Positions 1 to 13,814 of a DNA stretch of 64,000 nucleotides are shown here, in pieces; position 1 is the stretch's first letter, and each line of letters opens with the position of its first letter. The notes below the pieces were generated by a model. That model was given only the letters and a program-made list of their open reading frames with translations, was not told where the DNA came from and searched no databases. The position numbers were made by a program, and so were the translations under genes. Origin of the DNA: Balanoglossus misakiensis (taxonomy: Eukaryota; Animalia; Hemichordata); the NCBI GenBank assembly GCA_040954595.2, contig CM082585.2:3998902-4062901 (forward strand), given 5' to 3'.

Positions 1-212
1 TACTTTTTCGTCGATAACTTTATGTTGTGTGTGTTTATAAAGCCATCTACCGTCGTTGTGTGGTGTAATTCTTTATGCTTGGACCTGTTTGGGCCGATTT
101 TCATAGAGCCAAGATCGTTGATGTTGTCTGTTGTCAGTCAAACGGCATTAAGATTCGCCACTGATTTGGGGGGTCTTTTATACCCCGCACCGGGGTTAAA
201 CCACAGATCCCT

Positions 213-670
213 TAGTCTCGGTTACCCAGACGCCTTTGCTTCTTCCGATGCTCTCCAGAAAAGGGTCTGGGGAAATGCTATTGAAAGCTTTGTAAAACAA
301 AATGGCCGATGTCAGGATTTTGATCATCGCCTGATTGGCTGAGCTCTCAGTATGACCCGGGTCACTGACTCTCGACAATGTGTGATTATTTGTTGTATCT
401 TCATATCAAGAGACCGGTACTTGTTGGTTGATGCGAAAGGCAAAAGGCGTCCTCTGTTAGCATTGTTGGAGAAATTATATGAAATATCTTTGGTAGACGA
501 TTGTCGAAACTATTGCAATGACCCGGGTCATACTGACAGCTCAGCCAATCAGGCGATGATCAAAATCCTGACATCGGCCATTTTGTTTTACAAAGCTTTC
601 AATAGCATTTCCCCAGACCCTTTTCTGGAGAGCATCGGAAGAAGCAAAGGCGTCTGGGTAACCGAGACTA
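213..670. mobile_element. Non-autonomous TIR element (MITE), TAGT...ACTA termini, 9-bp TSD; Academ(H)- or Mutator-like
   Basis: ~150 bp near-perfect inverted repeats (213-364 vs 519-670); direct repeat CAGATCCCT at 204-212 and 671-679. Confidence 0.85.
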
Positions 671-2337
671 CAGATCCCTGCGAATTTTCCAGAATGGACT
701 AAGCAGCCTCCGCAGCTATCGCGTAGTGTCACCATTGCAGTTGAAATTGTATTGGCGGTGAAACTCTCTGCCCTCATCCATAGCCGCCCGGCAAAGCCGC
801 CATTTTTATTTTGGAGAGATAAGTGAAGCCTTCTAGGATATGTTTCCACGTAGCACACCCCAAGCGCAATCACAGCGCCACGGGAACTTCCTATAAATAT
901 TACCAAGGCTTGGAGGACTCTTTTTCTTGAAAATATCTCTCTGAGGAAAATTCATTGAGCTTGAATTTGCCATAGTAAGGTCACTCGTACAACGCAAATA
1001 GGAAAAGGTCCAAGTTAAGTGCAGTGGACAACAACATGAGTGACTGAATAAGGTACTGGCAATGTCAGAAAGGGACTTTCTTATTGATACTTAGTAATCC
1101 TGTGATGTATAGCGTATATGCATGCATCAGAATGCTTGAAAATGCAGGACATTAATTCTCTATAGACTCTCAAGATATCATCCACAAGTACATGTATGCC
1201 AACATTAACATGCGAGAAAGGGATCCGTTTGCAAGAAGTAGATTTGTAGGTATTTACTTGATGTGTGGCAGGGAAGCTTCAATAGGGCATTTTCATGATC
1301 CCTACCTTACATCCATGAACTTCCATTGGAATGGGGGTAGTAAACATTCAACAGTTTGGGACGAAAACGTTTATTGGTTGAGAGAGAGTCCGTTTTATAA
1401 TTCAGTACACATTTTCTTTGTACATGTACTACAAATGCAATGAAAGAAATTTTGTAGAGGCTTTAGTCAACCTAATGGATTCTTAATAACAGAAGTACGA
1501 GGAAGTAAGGCCATGTAGGGATCACGAAAACGGCCTATTGGCAGATTTTGCTAAGACAAACCCGGACAACCGTCACACATGCACTGACTACAATGGTATA
1601 CGCATTCGTGTCTCGGGACACGTATAAGTATTTTGTACGATCGAACATAGATCAAACCAAATTAAATCCAACATAGATCAAAAGAGGACCAGTAGAGGAC
1701 ACAATGCCACCGACCTCTACCAAAACTTCCAGGTAGAAGTTTTGGCGGGAGGAATATCAGTAACATTTCACAATTTTAATCAAACCCATCAACATTCTAA
1801 AGTTCATAGATAGAATATATTGTGTTTACATGGCCAGATGCAAGTCAAACAGTCACAAAACGATTCAGCACAGCACAGGCAATTAACAAAACACAGAACA
1901 AAGTCAGTGAAAGAATATTACACTTGTGATGTCGGGTGTTTCGGTAATAGTAAGCACATCTTGCCCCACATGTTACACCCGCATTATATCAAGTTCAACT
2001 TGTCAAAATGGGATGCAGTCACACAAAAAAAATACATATGATATGTCTCATAAACACTTCTGTGATTTGCTAGTAAATGGTTTCTCTTTCATAAATCAAC
2101 GACTGTTAGTAAATAAACCCATCGCAATAACAGTTATTTGAATTGCTTGAGCTTAACTTTATTTGACATTTATTTATATGGATTTTTACATTTTCCGGGT
2201 ATTTCTTTTGATCGCAGATTTTTATATATACATGTATATAGAATTTCAGAATTTAAGGATGCTTTCTTTCGACAAACAGTAAAACTAACATATTCCACCT
2301 CTGGATACTTTTAGAGGAGTTAGACAATTTCCATTCA

Positions 2338-5300
2338 TTACATAACAGGTCTTATTTTCATCTCGGTCATCTTCAAAGAATAATTATACCCTTTCCATGT
2401 ATACCAATTTATACTCGTAGCGCGCTCTTCCGTCTCTCCGCCAAGGTATCGACCATTCAAATTGGATGCATGACACATATAGTACCACCATGCCCCGGTG
2501 TGTGTTTCGGCACAGTTTTCTGTCGCGCGTCCGTCATTGTCTCTATCTCTTGTTGTGAAAGTGTTGTTATCATGATATGTTAGACTATCTCCTGCAGACG
2601 AAAAGACAGAACAAAATATGTTCAGTATTTTATTAAGGCTCCGAATTATATTCAGAAGGGTGATTTTTCGAATTATCCTGTTTGAATACTATATACAGGA
2701 GTGACGTACATGTATACAACTAACTGCAAGGACGATTCAAAACTGACGTTGGCAAATCCAGTATTTATAAGCCTCTACACTCGTCCAAAGAAACCCAAAC
2801 TTTCACTGTTTTGATCATGATTGGTTGTATTGATTACGCAAATTGTCATATCCAATTATGCAGTCAGCAATGCTTAATTTAAAAGCGGTAGTTTTTCTTC
2901 TTCAAAAGTGTGTATTAATTCTATCCGCGAACGATGGTATCTCATAGGCGTTTCTTGGACAGAAAGAGTTCGTGTTGTGTGAAAATGGAGATATATGCTT
3001 GCATGTTGACTTCAAAATCTGTCCTTCGAGGGCGCATCCTGTTCTCCCCATCGTAGACTCTGGCATAAATTCGTTACATGCCTAATTCGGGGGGGGGGGG
3101 GGGGGTTGGCTATGCTGTACTAACTCTATTGTTGAGAATAGAGGTTGTTGGGTCCCCTGCCTCCTTGTTCACTGCCCTATTCCCGCCGCAGGCTGCGCTG
3201 CTCACAAAAAGGGTCCCCGAGGAATGGGCCGCCATTTTGGTCAGGATCCTGACCAAAATGTCGGACTGTCACATGACTTCAGTCACATAACATATTGGAG
3301 ATACCAATGACACTGAGACCGTCATGACTTGTAAAACACCGGTAAAGGTAAACTCAATGATGTGTTGCTTGTGTTGGGAAGTTGAAAATTTGGTTAAGAA
3401 AATTTTCGGCAAAATGAGATCGACTCCATATGTTGATCATCAAATATGACGAAATACATACTAGGCTACGGAAGGTAAACATTGCCAGAACAGTAAACGC
3501 CGCCAGTTGTCAATGAAAAAAAATAGTCAACAATTTTAGGGAGAAATTTCAAAGTCAATGCAACTGAAGTGTGGTAAACCAACCAGTACACTCGATACTA
3601 ATGTTCAACCACAGCCATGCACTAGCTCATTCCTGACTCTTTCGTGAGAGTAGCGCCATCAGCGTAAGAATAGGGACAGGGATCCAGGCTAGGAGTATAG
3701 CATAAGCCCCCTTTCGGTAAGGAACACGTCTACCCAAAGCAGGCCCTTGAACAACATATTTTCCAGCTTGCAATTGAATGATGAAACAAATATCTACCAA
3801 CCTGCGTTTCCGGTATATTCTCCAAGGGCCAGTTTATATTTACTGAATTCATCACCAATGGCGAATGCATCATATTTTGCGTATCTGGTTTCGTTTTCAA
3901 AATCTTCCATGTCGATTCTGAGTTCATAAATCTGTTGATTTGTTAATCGATACAGTCTGTCATTTCCTAGCCAGAACTCGGCAGCAGGAAACCCAAATCC
4001 ATTCTTGTAGTCATTCCAGTAGCGGTAGAAATCTAAGAGACCATCGCGTCTTCTCTGGAAGACCTTAGTATCAAAGGAAAGGGTGTAATATCGTGAAAGC
4101 CGTCATCGCTGGACTATAGTGTACATAGTATGCATAGAGTTTGCTTTCATGTGGAAACTATACAATTAGTTGCAAAACCATACAATAATACTTTATCATC
4201 TGGTGTGAACACAATTGTGTGGCAATATATCAATCTATTCAAAGTACATGTACTAGTTTTATCTCTTTGGTTGAATAAATTAAGTTTTGTTCTGTCAGAG
4301 CTAGCAATGTTTTATTTTTAATGAAAATGGTGTTTGATAATATTCCTACATACCGTCCATCCTGCGTTATCTGTTTCCATATCACAATAGACTTGGAATG
4401 GTGTTCCGTTGTCCATGGGTTGCACAGTGTATACGCCACTCGGGGCTTCTTTGTTCAACTGATAAATATCATAGCAATCCTTCGATGGCCGATTCGCTAA
4501 AAAAAACCAATATCATATTTGAATTATTATAAACGTTTAGATGAAATTAAGCGATAAAGTCCGGACTGTAACACACAAAAATAAAACGACATTTTCTTGT
4601 TTTTCGTGACAGCGAAATGGACGTGAAGCTAGCCTGAGGTATATGACTATTTGCATATATCTCTACATGGTCAAAAGGGCGTGTTTAATCATTCGGATGA
4701 CTTCATTTCCGCGTGTGCCACCCACTGAAAATGAATTTGGGGCGCATGAACAGGTCCCGGTTGGAATAATGTTCTGGACCTTTGAACATTTCACCTTGAT
4801 AATATCAAACATGTTCAGACTTGGTGCATTTAAGTCTCCCTTGCACTTTATCTTTATTCAGTACAATCTTCTATCAATTTAAATAAGGTTTCCATCCTAC
4901 TAAATTCCATGTCTAGGTTATAGTATATGTACCGTCGACTCCCTTGTTGTTGGCCGCAAAATGTAGTATTTTTCACAAGTGATATGCAAATTAGATGAAA
5001 TAATTCTTATTGAGCAATTTCGGTACGGAATGATGCAAATAAGTCATGTGTCCATTAAATAATTTTCAGGTGGGAGAGATATGTTTACGACATTTCATGC
5101 GAATATGTAAAAAAGTGGGAATATGTTTTCTTTGGAGTGAGTATTACGATCGGCAATACGTGGGGATTAGATGCGTCAAAATGTTGGCGCGTAATTTCGG
5201 TTCCTTCCGACCGAACTGTCGCCAGAATAACAAAGGTAGTCAACAGACCCCGTATATGAATGAGCGGTGATGAATACTGACCAACTGAGTGATCGGTTCC

Positions 5301-5384
5301 TGCACGTTCGTCTGTGAGTAACGCGCTGTCGGGAAATACCACAAATAGCACGAGTATCATCCTCGATACAGCTTTAAACGCCAT
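2338..5384 (-). CDS. Secreted fibrinogen-related domain (FReD) protein, ficolin/tachylectin-5/MFAP4-like, ~253 aa; exons 5282-5384, 4354-4496, 3802-4063, 2338-2591
   Basis: Phase-compatible GT-AG exons totalling 762 nt; motifs [20 protein letters not shown]|[43 protein letters not shown]. The signal-peptide exon ([17 protein letters not shown]) is less certain than the other three. Confidence 0.9.
2690..3300 (+). repeat. Dispersed repeat in the last FReD intron; second copy at ~25935-27115
   Basis: Collinear similarity from TACAGGAGTGACGTACATGTATACAACTAAC to GGACTGTCACATGA in both copies. Confidence 0.8.
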
Positions 5385-7094
5385 TTTACAATGCACCTGC
5401 AGAAAAAAAGATGAGACAAATAGTGACTTATGTATTTTATCTGTGAAGAAATCTGCGAAATGTTCGGTGAGTGTGGGAGTGGATATTGATTTTTTGACGT
5501 CAACCGACAAACTTTTAAAAGTATCCGCAGTGAAATGAAAATGTTGCCACCATTTTGGTTCAACTTCACCTGGTATTTCGGCCCGAGGACGTTGGGTTAG
5601 CGCCAATAGCACGGAGCATTGTTGAATTCTCTCAAGCAACGCGTTGTGACGACATGGGGCAGAAATTTTAGTGTTACAGTGCGATATGCGTGAAATTAAG
5701 GTTGAGTAAAAAAAATCTATAGAAGAAATGAAATGTTTAAACTCACGAAAGAATGGATCCTCTGCAGGTATTGGCACAGTTTCCGGAAAAACTAGTAGAC
5801 GGGCAAAGTGACACGAATGCAATGTTAATGCCGAACGCGTGCCCAAATTTATTAGAAAAAATAATGACAGGTCGTTTATCAGAAAACTGCTGGAGACATA
5901 TCTTTTTAAACCAAGTAATAACGAATAAACAGGACTCTCAGTGTGATAAATGTGAAATACAGTGGTGTCCAAAATTTAATCGAAAATTAGTCAAAGGTAC
6001 ATCATTTATAAGTTTGCTTAAGCCATATATTGCAACCGGATTAAACACTGATACGGAGAATCCTCAGCATGACAACATGAAGACAGAATATATTTGTTTT
6101 CCCTTTACACATTACAGATCATGGTTGAATGGAACCATATGTTATATTTTACTCGTTTAATTCGTGAATAATTTTTCTATGAGAACCGTAACGTGCTACG
6201 CAAACTTTCCATGTTTCATTTCATGATGTTGAAGAAAATGACATTGTCAGCGACTACTTTAAATTCTATCGGTCCGGGAGTGTTTTCTTGCTTATAATCA
6301 GACACGACTAATGGGCCAACTCGAGTTAGTTAATATGATGAGACACACGTTATAGATCCAAAGCATACTATCATTACACACCAACCACAGCAAGTACAGG
6401 TATTGTCTTTATCAACCATGAGTAGGGTGTCGATAACCGGATTTCAAAAAATAGTGCGACTATATATATCTCAGGATTTTGGTTATACTTGTTTATATAT
6501 TTCTTATGGTACTTTGTTCATCTTGCGTAATACTAGGGGAAATGATGACGTCATCGCTGGAGTTCCACTAAATCTTAAATCTCTTTACTTTTAAACAGGT
6601 TTTCGCGCATTTATCTTAATGTGAAGGTCTCGTTTGGATTTACCATCTCGAGCATCTGTGGCCTTTAGGCCATACAAAACACCACAAGTTACATTCTATC
6701 AATATTATTTAGCAGATGCAGAAATTAGACGCATGGGTGACCATGGTTCACGAGTCAGGAAAATGTGACATTTCTGTGATGATAAAAGAGGTAACGTGCT
6801 GGTTAATTATACGCATAGAACAAATATGGTACCAACGCTAAAACTGGTGTTCAACCGAGTTAAATTGTGCGCAGTGGGATGTCCCGCCCCTTTGTCCCAA
6901 TACCACGTGTTATTCTTCTAACCAGAATGTTTGACTTGGTACAGAGTCGCTCCTAATGTCGAATGTCAATGTTTAACTTGTGAGAAAACATATAAAGCTA
7001 GTATTGTTGCCAATGCAAAATTGTAAACACCCTATTTTCTTTTTCTTTCTTTTTGCTTTCAAAATCTTCCCCTTCCTTCAATCTACTTATTCTT

Positions 7095-7385
7095 TACTAT
7101 CAATCACATGGTCTGGTCATGTGACCCACGGCGTTGTCATTTCCAAGTCGCGGGTAAGCAATATTTCGGCATCCAGAAAAAGTTTTTCCGAGTATGTTTT
7201 TACTTTAGAACCGCCAGACAAGTAACATGTATCAGGTATGGTGCCTCATCAGCCTCATGGCGTTTCGTCTGCACAGTCTTTGTCTGCACCACGTAAGTCC
7301 ACGTTGTTGAAGTTGCCCTTCACCTGGAAATTTGAATGCGAACGTAACTGCCGCCTGAGCGCGTCTGACGTCATTTGATATCGAA
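7095..7385 (+). repeat. Dispersed ~290 bp repeat; inverted copy at ~14247-14535, partial copy at ~17672-17750
   Basis: Reverse-complement match, e.g. TGTGACCCACGGCGTTGTCATTTCCA vs TGGAAATGACAACGCCGTGGGTCACA. Confidence 0.8.
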
Positions 7386-7479
7386 GAATAGGGAAGAGGG
7401 ATCTGAATGACTATCATGTTTCTAAAAGTGTCTGCAAAGTGTACCAATGTACACTACCATCATGGGGAGTAGGTGTGTG

Positions 7480-7512
<33 letters not shown>

Positions 7513-7725
7513 GTGGCCGTTATAGTATATGTCAGCATGGGTGAACATATACCTTTAATTTCATTAGAAATATATCGCTGAACAAGCTGGAAGCTTAAAG
7601 AATTTGAAGCTCAAATATAAAATCATAGAATATGAAAAAAATGGAATGGATGTTGCTATTTAATGCTAATTATTTTCCAACTATAAGCAATGCCCGGGTC
7701 ATTGCTCCGGCCAATCAGTAGTGTG

Positions 7726-8150
<425 letters not shown>

Positions 8151-8790
8151 TACAGTAGTCGAGTTTTGATGTGATTAGGGCGTGAACTATAAGGTGATTG
8201 ACTTGAATGACGTCAGAGTCAAGACCATGTGGTGCCCTTGTTGCCATGACATCGCATTTTGAGTTCTATTGACATGCAGTTCTTTAAAATCGAAGACAGT
8301 TGACTGTGTGGCCTGACCCTTGTGTGTGAGTCTATCTAAAACACACTGGGTATGGTGACCTGGCTATGGTTAAGACGTTAGTCCTAGACAGACGCTTCGT
8401 TCTACAAAATGCCTACATAAAAACAGTGTCGAGTCAAATTCCGGTCACAGGTTCTATTCTACGAAATCTGTATTTTGTGGAGTTATGTCGCATGGTGGCG
8501 CACGTCATAACATGCTTTTCAGAAAATTTGGTGCCATTTATGAAGAACATGCGGGCAGAGGAAATCTCTTGTTGTATGCTGCCCTCTATCGGTCTGTCTG
8601 AGGCAAAGTGCTTCGAGCATTGATGGAATTTAGTATTACCTTGTGTGTCTCCCTGTCTCTAAAAATCTGTCTCTCCTGTCTGTCTTACTGTGTGTCTCCC
8701 TCTGTCAGTTTGTCCCTCTTTCTGAACCAATATTGTCTGAAAATAAACTATTAAAAACATCCTCATATCGAAACGCTACTGGAATAATAG

Positions 8791-9070
8791 TGAGTTCTTA
8801 TATAGTGCACGTATCCACAAATGTGCTCAAGGCATTTTACAACGATAATTCCCCTGGTCATTGGACTTAGTTTGTCCACTCAACTCCCTGGGGAGCAAAC
8901 AACAGCTCACGTGTGCAGCCATAAGCGCAGCAGAGCTAAACAAACACATTGCAATCTCTGTCCTACCAGGTACCCATTATTCCTGGGTGGGGAGAAGCAA
9001 TGACTCAGTAAAGTGCCTGGCTCAAGGACACAACACCTACGATCAAGAGGGCTCTAGCCAATGAGCTATG
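8791..9070 (-). mobile_element. tRNA-derived SINE with an L2-like 3' end
   Basis: Minus strand GTGTCCTTGAGCCAGGCACTTTACT...ACCCAGGAATAATGGGTACC core and TTGAGCAC...GCACTATATAAGA tail, typical of invertebrate SINE2 families. Confidence 0.7.
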
Positions 9071-10038
9071 TCTTACAGATGGTTTAGATGGTTCAGAATT
9101 TTGCGTATAGAACAGGAGTTTGATATGTTTTTGTATTCCATCAGTTAGCCCATGCAAATAGACTGTTCTAAGTTTGTAAGAAATGTCATTAAAGTAGCAA
9201 AATTAGAGCTGTATAATAATATTTATACAAACGCCTCAGGAAGTGTGTCATGTCTATAAATATACATTGCTTGTTTTCGGAGAATTCGCCCCACTTCTAG
9301 CTATTTTAACATTCATGGGTTTATTATAGTTTTGGAAGTAGATGCTATACCCGGACAAGTTTTCACTTAGGATGACCTGAGTTAAAACTTTCACTGTTTG
9401 GACAGTAGTCCTTGTTTCCTCGATATTATAATGCAGTGTTTCATCCAGGAGGGCATCAACAGGGGGGATATGTCCCTCTTTGCCAGAATATTTGGGGGGA
9501 GGGGATTCAACTCTAGCAAAGGTGACTGCAGTATCGATCTCCAACATGTGAATGACATCATTTTAAGGGGCAATAGTCCTTGACGAATTGCTAGGGGTGC
9601 CAACATGTCAACAGAGGGTGAATACCCCCATCCCCCGTCTAGATGAAACACTGATAATCCTTTTCTTTTACTTTCAAAATTTGTATACACGTTCTCAGAA
9701 CCTGCCAGCTTTAGTTTAACTGGCGAGCAATCATGAAAAGAGGACCAGTATCATTAATGTACAGATCGAATACTTGCCATTTTGATGACATTTCTTGGAA
9801 ATTAGAACAGCCCATTTGCATGGGCTTACTGGGAATACACAATCATATTATCAACATCTAACTGTGAAATCCGTTTATTCAGCCAGCCATTGCAAGCTTA
9901 CAGAAGTATTGCGGTGTGCGCGCACACACGTATTATAATCTTCACAAATACAAAATTGTGTCGTCTCGCACATCTTAGCGGATAAGGATAAGATTAAAGA
10001 AGATTGTGGATTAAAAGTTGTTCACCAGGGCTTTTTTA

Positions 10039-10165
10039 CATGTACAGTCAAACCTGTGTTAGTGGCCACCTCTATATAGTGGCCACTTTGTTCCAGTCCC
10101 TGTGGAATTTACATGTACAGTCAAACCTGTGTTAGTGGCCACCTCTATATAGTGGCCACTTTGTT
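10039..10165 (+). repeat. Tandem duplication of a TA-CAGTCAAACC (Tc1/mariner-MITE-like) terminus
   Basis: TACATGTACAGTCAAACCTGTGTTAGTGGCCACCTCTATATAGTGGCCACTTTGTT occurs twice, ~73 bp apart. Confidence 0.65.
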
Positions 10166-10371
10166 ACATGGTATTTATTTTATGAATCAACTACCAGTAC
10201 ATGTATTTGCAGTACAGATTCGGTGTACAATTGCCCATTGTCATAAATTGCGTTTAATTGTATTTTTTGATGAATTGCGACTTGTTTTATTGTTCTAATG
10301 TTTGTTTTTTAATAAGGCTTCTCAGTGTCCATGATTGGTTTGAAACGTGAATTCATTATTTTTGTACCCAG

Positions 10372-10602
10372 ATGTAAACAGTGCGATGAAATGTAATGGT
10401 ATCGTCGGCACTGACTTGCGATCATCTGGTGAAGAAGGAGTTCAGTTAAGAGCCAACGCAGACGACTGTTGCACCCTCTGCTATGAGACACCAGCCTGTC
10501 TTGTTTGGGTTTTTAGTTTTGACGGAAATCGTTGCTATATGAGAACTGGCTTTGATTCCATCGTGAAAACACCTTGGGCTGTTTCAGGAATAGTTTCGAG
10601 AA
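10372..10602 (+). CDS. Exon encoding one PAN/apple domain (rest of the gene not resolved)
   Basis: CCCAG acceptor; C...D.....NADDCCTLCYETPAC.VWVF....RCYMR....AVSG pattern; GT donor at 10603 or 10607. Confidence 0.75.
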
Positions 10603-11559
10603 GTACGTAAGAGATAATTTATATAGCTCATTTGTCCAACCGAAGTTATCACTGGCGCCTAACAGTAAATGTTGCAGATGAAGCAGAGGGAATATGTTCA
10701 AAGTTTAGTCAGGCATTGAGGAGCCAAGTCAAGAAGAAAGAACTGCTCATTTAGTTCGGGTTTTGCACAAAAGGGAAAATTATAAGATTTCCCATCGACG
10801 ATGTACTATAAAACGGGTTATTTTCGCGACAGGAACTGTTCGCGATATCTAAAGAGGCAACTGTTAGGACGAATGATTTTCATGTTCTCATATTTCACTA
10901 ACTGCATCATTATCTCCGAGAACATTTTACACGACTTAATATTTTCACGTGTTTTTTGTTTTTGTTTTTGTTTTTGTTTTGCTCTCGCGTATTTCGCGAC
11001 AAGTTATTGCACGCGAAAATAACCCGTTTTTACAGTATTTAATTGTTTCTCATTTTTTATTCCAGTCTAACTGGGTCTTGGAAATGCCCCGCAATGGACA
11101 CATAGCATGGCTACATATAGGCACTTGGAATTCGTGGTCATGGTAGAACTATTCTTTGGGTGATCTTTTGTTGATTTACTAGGCATGTACACCTTGGAGA
11201 CACATCTCCACATTTCTTAAGAAATAGAAAGAGAAATAAAACCTACATTTAAGCATCAATGACTTGTACGGTTCTGTGTTGATTGGAGTTATACATGTTA
11301 AATGTGGAGACAGATTGACAGACAGCCCAAACAAACAAACAAACAACTGAGAGACAGAGGCAAAACAAAGAAACATTCAAGTGTGTGTGTGAGTTATATA
11401 TTTGTTATGTACAAAGCAATGATAATATTACGATTAGGTTACATGGTATCGTCAAAAGTTCAGATGAAAAATCAAGCACGTGCAATTTTCTTTATGGACA
11501 AGTTAGTTTAGTACATATAATATTATTACGAATCAAATTTAGTGAAGATGGGTATACCA

Positions 11560-11770
11560 TCATGTTGCAACACCCCGTCTACGCAATTATTGCCAGACCT
11601 TCGCAGAATGGTAAGCCGTATTTTGTAAGCGGTTACCCTTTTCACCAAATAACATGTTTGAACCACCAACCACAATATATTATCTGGTGTTACGGGGCAT
11701 TCCAACCACTGTATCATGAGATCAAGTCAGCATTACCTCAAGTGGAATTCATGGAGGGTCTGCCTAGTAG
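11560..11770 (+). mobile_element. Degenerate fragment of a Maverick/Polinton packaging ATPase
   Basis: LQHP..AIIARPSQNGKPYFV (decayed Walker A, GPSxSGKT) followed by P.YIIWCYGAFQPLY and VEFMEGLP. Confidence 0.7.
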
Positions 11771-13814
11771 GAACTCGTTAACACGCCAAATTTAACGAGT
11801 CTCGCTTATCTTTCAAACCAGTGTGCAAGCAACTCTGATATCACTAATGAAACCAATTTTCGCTGGAGTAACTCGTCAACAAGCACGACTTACATAAAAT
11901 ATTTAGTCTTTGTCTCTGGGCTTTCAGTCTTGGGTACCGTTGCCGATATATATTTCCGGGGCATATGACTTACAGGTGTTTTGGATGAATAAGCTTAATA
12001 AGCAGAGAAGGAGACAAGACAAGTAGCAGTGTGTTTAAATAAATGATAGTATCTCTCACGTCATACCTCGACATCAAACAAAACTCACTCGAGTATAGAA
12101 AAAATAAATCTTTCATAAATATCCGAATAGCAGTTGTGACATACAAAGTACAATCTACAATCAACTTCCCAAAAGAATCAACGACTTGGCAGCTTCTCAA
12201 GTTCACTGTCGGACAGATCAAGCTCATGCATCAACCGGGTTGCATAAAGTGAATGGGTTGGCACCAGCACACGAAGTATCACGTCTCCCAAAACTCACTG
12301 ACAATTCACAATGCCTATATAGACAATATGACAGAGCTTCATGACCTCTTCGCGCGACCTGATCGTGGGTTTCCAACGCCAAAGAGTGTTTGATTCAATT
12401 GAATGAATGAATGAATGAATGAATCTTTATTCCATTCCAATGTTGAATTTCCGAGAAAATGTTTTATCTGACCTGCAGTTTTCCAGGCTCAGTGAGCTGT
12501 GGGTCCGGGTTGTGGGTGACGACATTTACGTTTACCAGCACCAGACGGCAACACACACCTGCACATGCATACATTTGACGCTTTATACGCTCGAATAAAC
12601 GGTATAGAATGATTATTCAATTTCACGAGTTTTCGGCCCTCGTGTCTACAAACGGAATGGAATTAGTGTATAGTCGAACGTTGATTCACTATATATCTAT
12701 ACATATAAAATAACCAAAACGGTGTCTTTTATCAAACATAATGGAAAACGGGCAGCGAGATAGGCATTGTCTCTTTAATTCTGAAGCAGTTATCTTGTCT
12801 ATTACGTAAAGTATCACAACAGAACAGTTTCGACCGCCAGGTCGCCTGTTTTTACAAACATTGGTCTTTGTTGTCATTGTTTCATCTTTACCGTGCATAT
12901 TGGGAAGAAATTTCCATTTAGTGTCCAGAATGAGAAACAAACTCAATTGGTCATACTCCAAAAATTGCATTGTACATTTTCCACAGAATCGGCCACGAAT
13001 CAAATCTCCACTGTGATTATGCAGCTTGGATAAATTTAACGACACAGGAGTATTGTCATAATGAATTAAAACAAAGCTCAAGTCGGTTTGATTGTTATTT
13101 TATTTTCACAGACTTATATCTACTTTTCTCTAATTCTTACAAGCCAAATGCAAGCGTGCAAATTAAAGAGAAATTCCGAAAACATGATAGCGAAAAGTCG
13201 TAGTGTCAATCAGCGATCACTTTTTATAATAGATTGATTATAACATGACACGATCAGTTGCAAACGTCTTGAACAGTCCTGTTGGAAGAGAAGAAGTAGA
13301 ATAGAGCAGGCGCTAGGCACGTTATCAGTTGGCTGCCGATGATGGCGTGTGTGTGGTGGGCGCTATATATGTACAGCTAGCATCTGCACGTTTGCATTCA
13401 CTGACGAGTGTGCGTAACTATCGACAGATAACTCATGGAAGTGCAAGAGTTTGACTATCTGTCCCCGAGGCGCCTTCTCTGGAAGCAGAGGTCTCCATCA
13501 TTATATCTCCAAGGGAATTGGACAAAATAGATTGTTAGTGAGGGCATTATGAGCCGTCTTTGGCCGGGCCATGCATTGACCGATTTGGACGATGAATAAC
13601 TCGTGACATATAATTTTGGGAACTCCGCTTCGTGTGCTGACGTTTAAGTGCCTTTGAATATTTTGCTTGTCTGTGACATTTGACATGTTTGAGACGTTCC
13701 GATATCACGGCACTTAATGTGTGAAACCAATGATTCACAAATCACTATATATATTGCAAACAACCGCATGTGCATAACGACAATATTACATATATCTTAC
13801 TAGTATCGTCGTGG

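Noticed and set aside
157-177. Peptide ATDLGGL shared with the orphan gene exon at 29952
   Set aside because: A seven-residue match with little flanking similarity; most likely chance
5085-5972. 295 aa minus-strand ORF
   Set aside because: No recognisable domain; only 5282-5384 looks coding, as the FReD signal-peptide exon
9254-9750. Possible decayed LINE ORF1/esterase fragment
   Set aside because: Motifs too weak to call without a search
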